Part shown: piece by piece, positions 1 through 9,326 of the stretch
How positions within the stretch are numbered: position 1 is the stretch's first letter
Layout: each line of letters opens with the position of its first letter
From: an archaeon
Lineage (GTDB): Archaea > Iainarchaeota > Iainarchaeia > Iainarchaeales > Iainarchaeaceae
Reading direction: 5' to 3'
Length of the DNA: 64,000 nucleotides
Assembly (NCBI GenBank): GCA_035289485.1
Contig: DATDXA010000031.1
Span: 1-64,000 of the forward strand
The notes under the pieces: generated by a model
Told to the model about the DNA's origin: nothing
Seen by the model: only the letters and a program-made list of their open reading frames with translations
Databases searched by the model: none
Position numbers and translations under genes: made by a program

Positions 1-1
1 C

Positions 2-391
2 AGAAAATGGGACTCAAACTACTTCTTCCTCGCAGGAGGATGCTGGAACTACATCCCATTTAGCCCAGGGGACTCCACCCCAAGCTGCGGCCACCAAGAC
101 TTCAACGGAGCAATGGACGAAGTCCGAATCTACACAAGGGAACTTTCGGAAACCGACGTCAACTACCTTTACGCAAACCCGGGCGCTCAGGGGAATACAA
201 GTAATTTGCAGGCGCGATGGGAATTTGGCGGCACCTGCATCGATGTGAACTCCGGTTCACAAAACGTTGGCAAAGCCACATACACCGCCGGCACGCAGGA
301 CCTTAATGTGTTTTTGTGGAGCGATTTCATTGGCGCCGCGCAGGGCTTGCGTGAGGACAGGAATGTAACCAGCACGGGCGGAGCGTCGTGA
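2..391 (+). CDS. LamG/concanavalin-like domain protein, C-terminal part (5' truncated by window edge)
   Basis: Frame is open from base 2; FNGAMDEVRIYTRELS is the typical end of a LamG-like jellyroll; a short extra C-terminal domain follows. Confidence 0.75.
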   Translation, partial: RKWDSNYFFLAGGCWNYIPFSPGDSTPSCGHQDFNGAMDEVRIYTRELSETDVNYLYANPGAQGNTSNLQARWEFGGTCIDVNSGSQNVGKATYTAGTQDLNVFLWSDFIGAAQGLREDRNVTSTGGAS

Positions 392-392
392 G

Positions 393-1178
393 GTGCTGCC
401 ATTGAGCCAAAAAATCCCAATTGCAATATTTCTGGTTTTGTGCGCAATTGCACTTGGCGCTTTTTTTTTGCCCGGTGAAGCGCAACAGGGCGCAGGCAAG
501 CAATCCGGCACTGTTTCAGAAAATCCCGCCCAAAACCCGCTTTCGGAGCAAAGAAAATCCTACGGCTTCACGCCCGCGGTATTTTCGCAGCTTCCATCGC
601 CACCGGATGATTTCAATGCGGTGGTTACACATTACCTGAACACCGGCACCCCGGATGAGTCCTTTTTTTCAAAAAAATATTACCTTCAGCCAGAGTTCTA
701 TCCTTCCTTCCTTTCTTCAGGCATCAATTACTGGTCAGATCCTTCGCCAACCCACTGGGCGGCATACGGTTATGGTTCGTTCCCCGTGAAAAAATCAATA
801 TCCGCATCCGCTAATAAGGAATCAACTGTGACCTTCTTTGTGCACTCAGGCTTTGGGGTAAGGTCATATCAGGGCATGGCCTTGCGTGCAGAAACGGATA
901 GTGCGGATGCAAACCTTTCGGTGAGGCTTTCAGAGGGGGAATTCCTTCTTGGCCCTTCCTTCCCGTCATTTGAAAGCAGTTGGGCAAGGCCAGTGCAAGT
1001 GAATATTATTGCCAATGCACAAGGAACCCACACGATTAAAATTTTTGCAGCCCGCCCTTCCCAAAGCGCTTCAGAAGAATGGGACGCAATAGCCGCAAGA
1101 AAAAACCTGCCTTATTTTGACGCGGGGCTTGTATCATCCGATAAGCCGTTGATTGAGATTTCCCTAGAAACTGAGTGA
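393..1178 (+). CDS. Membrane-anchored extracellular protein, QPEFYP family (paralog of 1939..2886)
   Basis: N-terminal hydrophobic segment; YYLQPEFYPSF, YWSDPSPTHW, SGFGVRSYQG and FLLGPSFP all match the 315-aa ORF. Confidence 0.7.
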   Translation: MLPLSQKIPIAIFLVLCAIALGAFFLPGEAQQGAGKQSGTVSENPAQNPLSEQRKSYGFTPAVFSQLPSPPDDFNAVVTHYLNTGTPDESFFSKKYYLQPEFYPSFLSSGINYWSDPSPTHWAAYGYGSFPVKKSISASANKESTVTFFVHSGFGVRSYQGMALRAETDSADANLSVRLSEGEFLLGPSFPSFESSWARPVQVNIIANAQGTHTIKIFAARPSQSASEEWDAIAARKNLPYFDAGLVSSDKPLIEISLETE

Positions 1179-1225
1179 AATCAGGCAATGAAAAAATTTC
1201 CGGAATTCAAAAATATTCAATGCCA

Positions 1226-1873
1226 CTATGTTGCGGTTAAGTTGAAGTCCTTCGCGTGCGAGCCTTGTGAAATCCCGTTGCCAAAGCCGGCGTTGAAATC
1301 CCCTGAGAAGCACAACTGGTTTGAATCGTTAGCAGCCAAAGATGTTGTCAGCCTTCCCGCATTAAGATCATTGAGTGCATTGTAATTCCTGCATGTGGTG
1401 GATGTAACCGGATTTGTGGCGACTGTAACAGTGCAAGATTCCGCCCATCCCCCAAGCCCGCTTGTTCCGCAGCCTCCCCCCGTTCCCATCCACACCTTCA
1501 GCAAAAGATTAGTGTCAACCCCTGTGAAGGCCGATGTGAAATTGCCGTCAAGATTGAACGACGTATTCCCGTTGTTTGTTATAAGTATTGGCGCGACTGA
1601 GGCGCTCTGGCACACAGTTCCCGCGGCCTCAGAATCCGGATAAGGCAGGCATCTTGCGCCGTTGCCGTCAACATCCGAGTCAAAGCCGCATGTGCTTTCA
1701 ACAAAATAAAACGCTGTCTGGCTGCATGTCGAGCCATAAGTCACAGTAAAGCTCTTGTTTGCTGGCACAACCCATGTCATTGTTGTTGTTGCGTTGCTTG
1801 CGGCAAGGGCAATAATCGGCAAAAAAATTGCTGCGAGTACCGCCAAAACAAGCAAATTTTTTATCTTCATCAT
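1226..1873 (-). CDS. Secreted Cys-rich beta protein, candidate fibre/pilin-like subunit
   Basis: Signal peptide MMKIKNLLVLAVLAAIFLPIIALA; 8 Cys; Thr/Ser/Gly/Asn-rich; ends GSHAKDFNLTAT; ATG at 1873 follows GGTG. Confidence 0.65.
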   Translation of the reverse strand: MMKIKNLLVLAVLAAIFLPIIALAASNATTTMTWVVPANKSFTVTYGSTCSQTAFYFVESTCGFDSDVDGNGARCLPYPDSEAAGTVCQSASVAPILITNNGNTSFNLDGNFTSAFTGVDTNLLLKVWMGTGGGCGTSGLGGWAESCTVTVATNPVTSTTCRNYNALNDLNAGRLTTSLAANDSNQLCFSGDFNAGFGNGISQGSHAKDFNLTAT

Positions 1874-1938
1874 CACACCAATTTCACTTAACAATCGTTA
1901 TACTAACAATAATGTTATTTATATTCCTTTGTGTTTGT

Positions 1939-2886
1939 TCACTTCGTTACTTTGATTGTAAATTTTATCGGGGCGCCTGATGGGGCAATGCTCGATGCCG
2001 CATCAAAGTATATGTTCCTATATTTGAATTTCCACTCCTCCTTCTTTTCCTTTGGCGGTGCAACAACAAGGAACTTCAATTCATAATCTCCTGGGGGTGT
2101 TCCTGGCTTTACCTTGCCGGTTATCTCAATTCTCTGCGCCCAATTCTTCTTGAATTTCGGGAACGTGGACTCGAGCAGGAACGTGTTAGGCGTTATCTCA
2201 ACTTCAAAGCGCTCAAGCGTTTCGCTTGAAGGAATTATTGTGACTCCCTGATATGTCTGCACGCCATACCCGCTGTAAAAGAACGCAACCGCACTAAAAT
2301 CTGACCTTCCGGAAAGGCTCAGCATGTCAGATTGCTCAGATGGATATACCCCATACCCTCCCGTGCCCCAATATTTCGGGTCGGGCTCAGTCCAGAATTT
2401 TATTCCGCCTTCCTTAAACCCCGGATAGAACTCCGGTTGCTTGTAATAATCATCAGTAAAACCCCCAATCGCATAATTGTCCCCGTTTGCAATCAGGAAC
2501 GCAACTTCACTAAAATCTGCAGGCACTTTTGGCAACTCTGAAAAAATTTCGCTTTCGGAATTAAGTGAAAAATAGTTCGGCATCTCAGACACTGGTTTTT
2601 TGAGGAACACCGCGGCCTTTTCGAAAAGGTCATAATTCTCCCTGTCCGGCTGGAACGCTTCCTGGAAATATCTCTGCCTTACGGCGTACTGCGAAGGGTC
2701 AAGCCTGTTCTCGGGCGGAATTATGCTTGATGGGGCTGTTTGTGCCTGATTCTGCTGCCCATTTGCATTCTGGTCCTGCGCTCCTGTTTGCGCTGGCTGC
2801 TGCACGCAGCCGCTCAGAATCAGGATGAAAAAAATGGCTGCAACTAAGGGCAATCCAACAATTTTGTTTTTGTCAGGGTAAAACAT
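1939..2886 (-). CDS. Putative lipoprotein, QPEFYP family, with C-terminal Ig-like domain
   Basis: LILSGC lipobox; YYKQPEFYPGF; C-terminal TPPGDYELKF Ig-like strand pattern. Confidence 0.7.
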   Translation of the reverse strand: MFYPDKNKIVGLPLVAAIFFILILSGCVQQPAQTGAQDQNANGQQNQAQTAPSSIIPPENRLDPSQYAVRQRYFQEAFQPDRENYDLFEKAAVFLKKPVSEMPNYFSLNSESEIFSELPKVPADFSEVAFLIANGDNYAIGGFTDDYYKQPEFYPGFKEGGIKFWTEPDPKYWGTGGYGVYPSEQSDMLSLSGRSDFSAVAFFYSGYGVQTYQGVTIIPSSETLERFEVEITPNTFLLESTFPKFKKNWAQRIEITGKVKPGTPPGDYELKFLVVAPPKEKKEEWKFKYRNIYFDAASSIAPSGAPIKFTIKVTK

Positions 2887-3048
2887 TCCAATTACTCTTT
2901 AATTGGAAGCCAAAAAGCCTTAAAAAAGCATTCGTGAAAAATCTGCTCTTTAACGGCAGTTTAATTTTCCTAATCCGCCATCTTTTGTCCGCGCGCATTT
3001 CCGATAACCGAAACCAATTATTATAACGCACGTGGTACTCTTACTGCA

Positions 3049-4938
3049 ATGAAATCCGCGCAACTGGCCTTTGCGGCTATAGCCCTAGTGCTCTTCGCAT
3101 CCGCAGCCTTTGCAGACTCTGACACATCCTCGCTCACATGGGTGCGCCCAAGCAGCCCCTCCATTACCGCCGCACTTTCCGCAGAACGGTGCATGGCGGC
3201 AACCGGCAGCCAAACACTCAATGTGGTGGTTCTCAACCTCCCGACAAACACGGCAAATCCTGATTCCAATGTCACCGTGCTTTTCACTAAGCCAAACAGC
3301 GCAACCTCTCTTGGGTATTTTTCCAATTCCGGAGATGGCAATTACACGCTCTCAGCGAACTTTGACCAGAACGGCACATGGAAACTTGCAATCCATGCAG
3401 TTGACCTAAACTCTAGCAACACATACGACTTCAACGATTACGTTTACGTCAAGGACTTTGGCATCAGCATCTCTTTTGTGAACAACAACACATCCTACAA
3501 CCCCGGAGACACGGTCACAATACGCAATCTTGTCCGCAACACCGATGGCAATGATTTCAATGACATTAATGGCATGGTTTCTGTTTTCAAGCCGGATTCC
3601 TCAACACTTCATGCATCACAGGCAATGAGTGGCATCGGCTCTGGCGAATACATTTTCACTTTTTTAGCGCCCGGCACTCTTGGAACATACTCCGCAACAT
3701 CCGCATTCACATGCGGCTCCGAGAGCGACTCAAATAGCCTAGGCAGATTTGTTGTCGAGGCGGTAAGCACCGGGGGCGATTCCGGAAGCTCCGGAAGCGG
3801 CGGTTCTGGCGGCGGAGGCGGTGGCGGCGGTGGAGGGGGCGGCGGTGGCGGGCTTGGAAGCGAGGGCCTTAAGGCGGCGACACGCAATCTCAAAATTGAA
3901 CCGCTCAAAATCGGCGAGCCCTCAACGATTTCCATTCTTGTTTCGCACGGAATTCCAAAGGCAACGAGTTTTCTGATTGGCGTACAAATATCTCACGGTC
4001 GCGAGCTTGCATTCTACTCCGAGGAAAGTGCTCTTGGCTTATCCCCGGGCCTTTCACGCCATGTGGAGTTTGCCCAGAAGTGGACCCCCGTGCTTGCAGG
4101 AACATACCTTGTCACGGTCACACTTTCATCCCCTGACAAGAAAATAACCTACGATATCCACACAACGAAAATCGATATCGAAGGCAATTTGCGCTATGAT
4201 TTGGAAGTGGCCTGCCCTCTTAAGAGCGCGGCTTCGGGCCAGCCCTTCGATTTCAAAATATTTGCAAAGAACATGGGGGATTACTATGAGGATGTAGACC
4301 TCACATGGTGGGTTGAGGATAGCATTGGCCAAAAGTACGGTGTTTCGAGTTCTCCAGTTGCAATAAGGCCGGAAAACGATTTTGAAAAGCCGGCTTCGGT
4401 ATTCATCCCGCTTGATGTTGCAAAGGGCCAGTACAATGCCAAGGCAAGGCTGCGGCTCAAAACCCTTGAGGCGAATGCGTCCTGCGCATTTGTGCTCTCA
4501 ACTCCTGAGGAATATTTCAGCACAACACTTGCGGACATAAGCTCAAGGCTTGACGCACTTGAAAAAAGAATCGATGAGAAAACATCTTCAGGGTACCGAA
4601 CCGACATGCTTTTGCAAAAGCTTGAGCGTGCAAGGGCCAAACTTGCAATCCTGCAGGGAAGTGCGGCAAACAACAATTTCACGAACTTAAATGTCGGCGT
4701 TACTGATGTGCTCGGCGATATATCAGATCTCTCCTATGACATTGATGCGCTTGAGAAGACCGCGAACATCGATTCAACCGTGCTCGTGACCATTCTTGGA
4801 ACCGCCGCCGCAATAGTGTTTATAATGGTTATTTCGTACTCTTTACACCAGCGTGGGAAGCGCCGCGGAAGCGTGCTTCGCAGCACTGGCACGACGCTTG
4901 AGCAGAAGCTTGAGCACATACTTGGTCTGGAGGAATGA
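3049..4938 (+). CDS. Cell-surface protein: signal peptide, Ig-like domains, poly-Gly linker, CARDB-like domains, coiled coil, C-terminal TM
   Basis: 629-aa ORF; GTWKL, GTYSA, GTYLV and GQYNA Ig-like motifs; long Gly run; TM helix followed by a basic tail. Confidence 0.75.
   Translation: MKSAQLAFAAIALVLFASAAFADSDTSSLTWVRPSSPSITAALSAERCMAATGSQTLNVVVLNLPTNTANPDSNVTVLFTKPNSATSLGYFSNSGDGNYTLSANFDQNGTWKLAIHAVDLNSSNTYDFNDYVYVKDFGISISFVNNNTSYNPGDTVTIRNLVRNTDGNDFNDINGMVSVFKPDSSTLHASQAMSGIGSGEYIFTFLAPGTLGTYSATSAFTCGSESDSNSLGRFVVEAVSTGGDSGSSGSGGSGGGGGGGGGGGGGGGLGSEGLKAATRNLKIEPLKIGEPSTISILVSHGIPKATSFLIGVQISHGRELAFYSEESALGLSPGLSRHVEFAQKWTPVLAGTYLVTVTLSSPDKKITYDIHTTKIDIEGNLRYDLEVACPLKSAASGQPFDFKIFAKNMGDYYEDVDLTWWVEDSIGQKYGVSSSPVAIRPENDFEKPASVFIPLDVAKGQYNAKARLRLKTLEANASCAFVLSTPEEYFSTTLADISSRLDALEKRIDEKTSSGYRTDMLLQKLERARAKLAILQGSAANNNFTNLNVGVTDVLGDISDLSYDIDALEKTANIDSTVLVTILGTAAAIVFIMVISYSLHQRGKRRGSVLRSTGTTLEQKLEHILGLEE
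3782..3852 (+). repeat. Low-complexity GGN codon run encoding a Gly/Ser linker
   Basis: ggcggtggcggc-type run in frame with the 629-aa ORF. Confidence 0.8.
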
Positions 4939-4939
4939 A

Positions 4940-5242
4940 ATGCCAATAACTGTTGTTGAAGCAGGACTCATTGCGGTTGGATTCGTAGCATTCAGCGGCG
5001 CGCTCGTTTACTTCTACAGGTTCTCAAACAAGAAGCTGCTCAAAAAAATACTCGAGTTGCGGCGCTCGGATGAGGAAGTGCGGCAGTCAATCGAGCACCT
5101 CAACAAGGCAAGGCACTCGGAATTTCATGGGCTCAAGGGCCGCATGGATCGCCTTGAGGAGCGGCTCGATGTCCTTCTGATGAAAGAGGGCGAGCACAAG
5201 GAGCTTGCAAAGGAAAAGATCCGCGTTGCAAAGAGGCAATAG
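4940..5242 (+). CDS. Small single-TM coiled-coil protein
   Basis: ATG 1 nt after the upstream stop; N-terminal TM followed by a charged heptad region. Confidence 0.65.
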   Translation: MPITVVEAGLIAVGFVAFSGALVYFYRFSNKKLLKKILELRRSDEEVRQSIEHLNKARHSEFHGLKGRMDRLEERLDVLLMKEGEHKELAKEKIRVAKRQ

Positions 5243-5281
5243 GTTATCCGGTTCAGGGCGCCATTCCCAATTTTTTAACCG

Positions 5282-5551
5282 TTAACTAAACATCAATTTT
5301 CTATTCAAATAAATCCATCCAAGCATCGTTAAAAACTGCAGGCCGTATGCAAATGCCTCGAGCGCATTGGCGTCTCCGTCAAGGCAGCACACCGACGCCG
5401 AGAAATCATTGGCGCCGAAATAAATCGTGAGTTTCGAAGGCTCGCTGATTGTGAGCACGTGGAATGCCTCATGGGCAACGAACCCCAATAGTATTCCCGC
5501 GAACAGCACAGAGGCGAATGCCATCAGGTTCACTCTTCCAAACTTTGCCAA
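5282..5551 (-). CDS. Small membrane protein with HExxH motif (zincin/M50-like)
   Basis: TM segment followed by AHEAFH; C-terminal TM. Confidence 0.55.
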   Translation of the reverse strand: MAKFGRVNLMAFASVLFAGILLGFVAHEAFHVLTISEPSKLTIYFGANDFSASVCCLDGDANALEAFAYGLQFLTMLGWIYLNRKLMFS

Positions 5552-5552
5552 T

Positions 5553-5768
5553 TCACACGCCCGCCTTTATTGCAATGTCATTGTATCTCCACGCCACAAT
5601 TACCAATGATACCGCTAACAATATGCAAATATTGTAGAAATGTGGCGTGTCCACTAAAAGAACTGCGGACGAGTCATCAAGCACTGCCTTGCCAGTGCTG
5701 TTCCAGTTTCCGGCAATCAGTGCCGAGAGTATCAAAACAAACACCAATGCCAGTCCGAAGTTTTTCAT
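5553..5768 (-). CDS. Small 2-TM hypothetical protein
   Basis: Two hydrophobic segments; abuts or overlaps both neighbours. Confidence 0.5.
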   Translation of the reverse strand: MKNFGLALVFVLILSALIAGNWNSTGKAVLDDSSAVLLVDTPHFYNICILLAVSLVIVAWRYNDIAIKAGV

Positions 5769-6124
5769 TTTTTTACCCGCCTTGCAGTGCTTTTCCTGAA
5801 AAATGAAACCCCGTACATTATAAGTGCCATGCCGGCAAATGAGCCAATTGTTCCGTAAAGTCGATTGCTGCCGTTTAACATTAAATCAGGCCTTCCCACA
5901 AAATAAAGGTATGTCATGGAAAGGAAAATCATTCCCGCGGTTCCTGCAACAATCATGTGGGGGGCCAGAAGCAGATTCGTTCCCGGCACAAATACCGGCA
6001 CCGCCAAACCCTTTCTATAATTTACTTCCATCGAGGCAGCGATTTTCATGGCGCCTTCGGCAAGGAGCGCCATGCCGGAAAGATGCAACACGCCTGCAAG
6101 AATGGCAATTGTTTCAGGAAGCAC
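5765..6124 (-). CDS. Hypothetical membrane protein (about 3 TM)
   Basis: Hydrophobic ORF; 4-nt overlap with the downstream gene. Confidence 0.55.
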   Translation of the reverse strand: MLPETIAILAGVLHLSGMALLAEGAMKIAASMEVNYRKGLAVPVFVPGTNLLLAPHMIVAGTAGMIFLSMTYLYFVGRPDLMLNGSNRLYGTIGSFAGMALIMYGVSFFRKSTARRVKK

Positions 6125-6449
6125 TTCTGCTCACCATCCCTGTTGCAAGTTTGTTTGCCGCGGAAAGGAACACAAGCCCTGCGGCAAAAAGGATTGCATG
6201 CGCAAGCAGCTGCCCATAATATCCCCTGATTGGGAGGTTGAGGTAATTCATGAGGAAATAGACCAGCTTATATAGGAAATAAAGCATTCCGGCAAGCATG
6301 AAACCCACGGACGCACGTGCGGCGTCCTTGCCGCCAACATATTTTTCCGCGAGCAACGAAAGCCCTTTGGCGGCGGCGAGAAAAAACGCGGCTTCAACAA
6401 AAGAAAGCGCCAGTGTGACAATGTAAAGCGGCGGGACATCAAGAGCCAT
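6114..6449 (-). CDS. Hypothetical membrane protein (about 3 TM)
   Basis: Hydrophobic ORF; 11-nt overlap with the downstream gene. Confidence 0.55.
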   Translation of the reverse strand: MALDVPPLYIVTLALSFVEAAFFLAAAKGLSLLAEKYVGGKDAARASVGFMLAGMLYFLYKLVYFLMNYLNLPIRGYYGQLLAHAILFAAGLVFLSAANKLATGMVSRSAS

Positions 6450-6499
6450 TCTAATCCGAAGGAATAACGCCCGCCCTGTTTAATTGCCTTGCGGTTGCC

Positions 6500-7909
6500 T
6501 CAAGAACTCGGTTTTCCCAACTGCTCCCCAAGCTTTTGGTTGAGCCTTCGCAGGAAAATATCCCTGTTCTCTGGCTTAAGCTTGAGGCCGGCAGCAACAG
6601 CGTGACCGCCCCCTTGGGCATCATTTCCAATATTCTCGCACACCTCGCGAAAAGCCATTCCCAAATTTATTCCTGCCGATACAAGGTCCTTGGTTGCGCG
6701 CCCGCTAATTTTTAGCGACCCGTCATCATTGACCGCGATTGCAATAACTGGCTTATTTGTCTGTATCAGATTCGAGCCATAAAGCATCCCCGCAACAATT
6801 CCCACAATCGATTCCTTAATTTCCGAGCCCGCATCGAAAAAATAAAAGTTCTCCTCCTCCAAAACCCCGTTCTTTGCAACTAGTTCAATCCCCGCGCGCA
6901 GCTGCCTTCTGTGCTCCTGCATAAGCGAGAGCGCCTCCGAATACTTTTCGCCTCGGTCTCCGAGGCAGACCGCAACTCCTATGTTAGCATTTCCATGGCG
7001 GCCGCAGGCATTAAGCAATGTACTGTATTCTTTCGCTTCACTAAGCGGGCTCTTCCTATCTTCCCGCGGAAAATCATACACTTCCCCAAATAGTTCCTTT
7101 ATTTTCCACTCCGGCACATTGAAGCCGCTTAGGTGAAGTATCAATGCGGTCGAAAGAGTTTTCCTCTCCTCTAATGAGAGGTCAATGTATGTTCTCCACT
7201 TCTCTCCCTGCCTCATTTCAATCCCAGCGCCCCGCAAAAACTTTGCGCAATTCTGCTCATTTGCCGTGAGCTCTGGAAGCATTGGTGAAGTGCTAAACAT
7301 GAGAAATTGCACAAGCGGCCTTGAAACCCTGCCATAGAGCCGCAAATCATTCTCCACACGGAGCGCCCCACTTTCAGTTCCCATTTTCACGATTTCAGAA
7401 TTGAGCCCAGTCAATTTCCCGGAAAAATCCTGCACATCCCCAACAGCGCCAACAATTGCGAGCGGGAGCAAATCAATATTTTGCTCATCCATTTCCATTG
7501 CAAACAAAAATGCAATCCCTGAAGCGCTTATTTCATTTCCCCCGTTTATCCCATAATCGAATGGCGAGAAATGGTTTGGGTGCTGCACCACAGTTTTCTG
7601 GTGGTGGTCGAAAACGAAAAGATCGTCCCCGAACTCCTCTTTCAAATATCCGAGCTGTGCAGAGCCAAAATCCACAAAAACATAATTCTTCCCAAGGCCG
7701 CGGATTTCAGAAATGGTTTCCTTATAGAGCTGCTTAACCCACATCCTCTGAACCTTTTTGAGAGCGCGCTCAAGTGCGCGAAACATAATTGCGCCAGAGC
7801 TGCACCCATCCGCATCATAGTGGTGCACAACCACAAAATCGTCCCTTTTTTTTGCTTCCGCTGCAAGCTCTTGCATCTTCTCTTTCCAGTGCATATGAAC
7901 CCTTTGCAA
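6500..7909 (-). CDS. recJ: Archaeal RecJ-like DHH exonuclease (GAN/Cdc45-related)
   Basis: HHYDADG, DFGS, DHH, GAVGD, LLNACGR and GGGH motifs. Confidence 0.9.
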   Translation of the reverse strand: MQRVHMHWKEKMQELAAEAKKRDDFVVVHHYDADGCSSGAIMFRALERALKKVQRMWVKQLYKETISEIRGLGKNYVFVDFGSAQLGYLKEEFGDDLFVFDHHQKTVVQHPNHFSPFDYGINGGNEISASGIAFLFAMEMDEQNIDLLPLAIVGAVGDVQDFSGKLTGLNSEIVKMGTESGALRVENDLRLYGRVSRPLVQFLMFSTSPMLPELTANEQNCAKFLRGAGIEMRQGEKWRTYIDLSLEERKTLSTALILHLSGFNVPEWKIKELFGEVYDFPREDRKSPLSEAKEYSTLLNACGRHGNANIGVAVCLGDRGEKYSEALSLMQEHRRQLRAGIELVAKNGVLEEENFYFFDAGSEIKESIVGIVAGMLYGSNLIQTNKPVIAIAVNDDGSLKISGRATKDLVSAGINLGMAFREVCENIGNDAQGGGHAVAAGLKLKPENRDIFLRRLNQKLGEQLGKPSS

Positions 7910-7937
7910 TGGCTCCTTTTTAATGCATTTTCAGGGC

Positions 7938-7952
7938 TCGGTGCCGGTGCGG
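7938..7952 (+). repeat. Intergenic motif TCGGTGCCGGTGCGG, copy 1
   Basis: Core shared with 13688, 57232 and 58241. Confidence 0.75.
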
Positions 7953-8001
7953 ATTTTGCCAAAGCATCCTAGCTTAAAACATTTTACAATGCAATTGATT
8001 C

Positions 8002-9297
8002 ATGGGGCTAATAGAATCCATTTTGGCGCTGTTTTTTGGCAAGAAAAAACCGGCATTAATTGAGGTCTCTTTAGAGGAAGCGCACGTCCTTTTTGAAAAA
8101 GAAATCACCGCCGATGACGCAGCCCTCACAGACTTTGCCTCCAAAAAGTTTGCAGAAATCCGGCACCTGATTTCCAGCCTTTCAAAGAACTCTGCCGCGC
8201 TAGAAGAGCACCAGATAAAGGTCGATGAGGGCAACAAAACCTATCGGCAGATAGTTTCGACTTCACAAAAAAACCTCGCGCGCCACCTGAAAGGGATTTC
8301 CAATAAGCTTATGCCGCCCCAAAAAATTGACGCCGCTTCAGTTAGGGCTTACACCCAGATTGCAATAAGGGCTGTTTCAACCGATTTGATGCCTTATTGG
8401 AAAAATATCGCGCTCGCGCGCCTAATGCTTCGTGATGAAGTGAAAACAATAGGCGAGAGCCTGCAAGAACTCGCGGCAATCCTAGAGGAGCTGCACTCTG
8501 CGGCATTTTCAAAAAAGCACGCCGAACTCAATTCTCTAAAAATGATTTTTGAAGAAATCAAAAAGAAGGAATCTGAAATTTCGGGCACAGAGCAAAAAGC
8601 ATCCGAATTCAAAAGGGCTATTTTTGAAAAGGAGAACGAAATAACCGAACTTGAGCGCAAGCTCTCTTCCAAATCGCTTTCGGCGGATGCCCAGCAGCTA
8701 AAGCGCTTCGAACTGGAAGCCCTCTCTCTTGAGGAAAAAAAGGCGGAAATTGTCTCGAGGTTCAATTCTGAAATAGCGCCCCTTGAAAAGGTGCTAAAGC
8801 GCCTCTTCCAGATTTCTGAAAGCAGCGATGCACTCACACAAAAGGAAAAAGAGCTAATCCCAATGCTTCTCTCATCACCCTTTTCCGCATTTGTCGCGGA
8901 CCCAAACGGCGCCAGCTGCAAATCACTTTTTCAAAAGGCCGTAGATTTCATCTCAAGCGGCAAAATCCAGCTTAAGGTTGGCGAAGACGAAAAGAAAATC
9001 GCAGCGCTCAAATCATTCCTTGCAAAGGACTTTTTCACTGAATATTTCTGGGAAACAAACAAGCTGCAAGCAGAGCTGCAAAAAGTGCAGCGGTCAATTG
9101 CCGCAATAGGGGTTTCATCCGAAATAAAGTCCATGAATTCAGACATACTTTCAGCAAAAAAATTAGTTGAAAAGCTAAAAGAGAGTCTCTATCATGTTTC
9201 CGCTGGTGATGCCTCAATAAAGATGCAAAGCCTCAAAACCGATGCGGCAGAATCTTTCTTGCGTTCCTTTGAAGGAAAATATTCATTAAAGCCGTGA
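8002..9297 (+). CDS. Coiled-coil hypothetical protein
   Basis: 431-aa K/E/L-rich helical ORF. Confidence 0.75.
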   Translation: MGLIESILALFFGKKKPALIEVSLEEAHVLFEKEITADDAALTDFASKKFAEIRHLISSLSKNSAALEEHQIKVDEGNKTYRQIVSTSQKNLARHLKGISNKLMPPQKIDAASVRAYTQIAIRAVSTDLMPYWKNIALARLMLRDEVKTIGESLQELAAILEELHSAAFSKKHAELNSLKMIFEEIKKKESEISGTEQKASEFKRAIFEKENEITELERKLSSKSLSADAQQLKRFELEALSLEEKKAEIVSRFNSEIAPLEKVLKRLFQISESSDALTQKEKELIPMLLSSPFSAFVADPNGASCKSLFQKAVDFISSGKIQLKVGEDEKKIAALKSFLAKDFFTEYFWETNKLQAELQKVQRSIAAIGVSSEIKSMNSDILSAKKLVEKLKESLYHVSAGDASIKMQSLKTDAAESFLRSFEGKYSLKP

Positions 9298-9326
9298 GCC
9301 TAAAAAGCCAGGGGCAAATTCGGGCA

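Noticed and set aside
641..650. CACCGGCACC as a fifth copy of the intergenic motif
   Set aside because: Only 10 bp, inside a coding region, and lacking the flanking consensus
3609..3935. Poly-Pro ORF on the minus strand
   Set aside because: Reverse complement of the poly-Gly linker of the 629-aa gene
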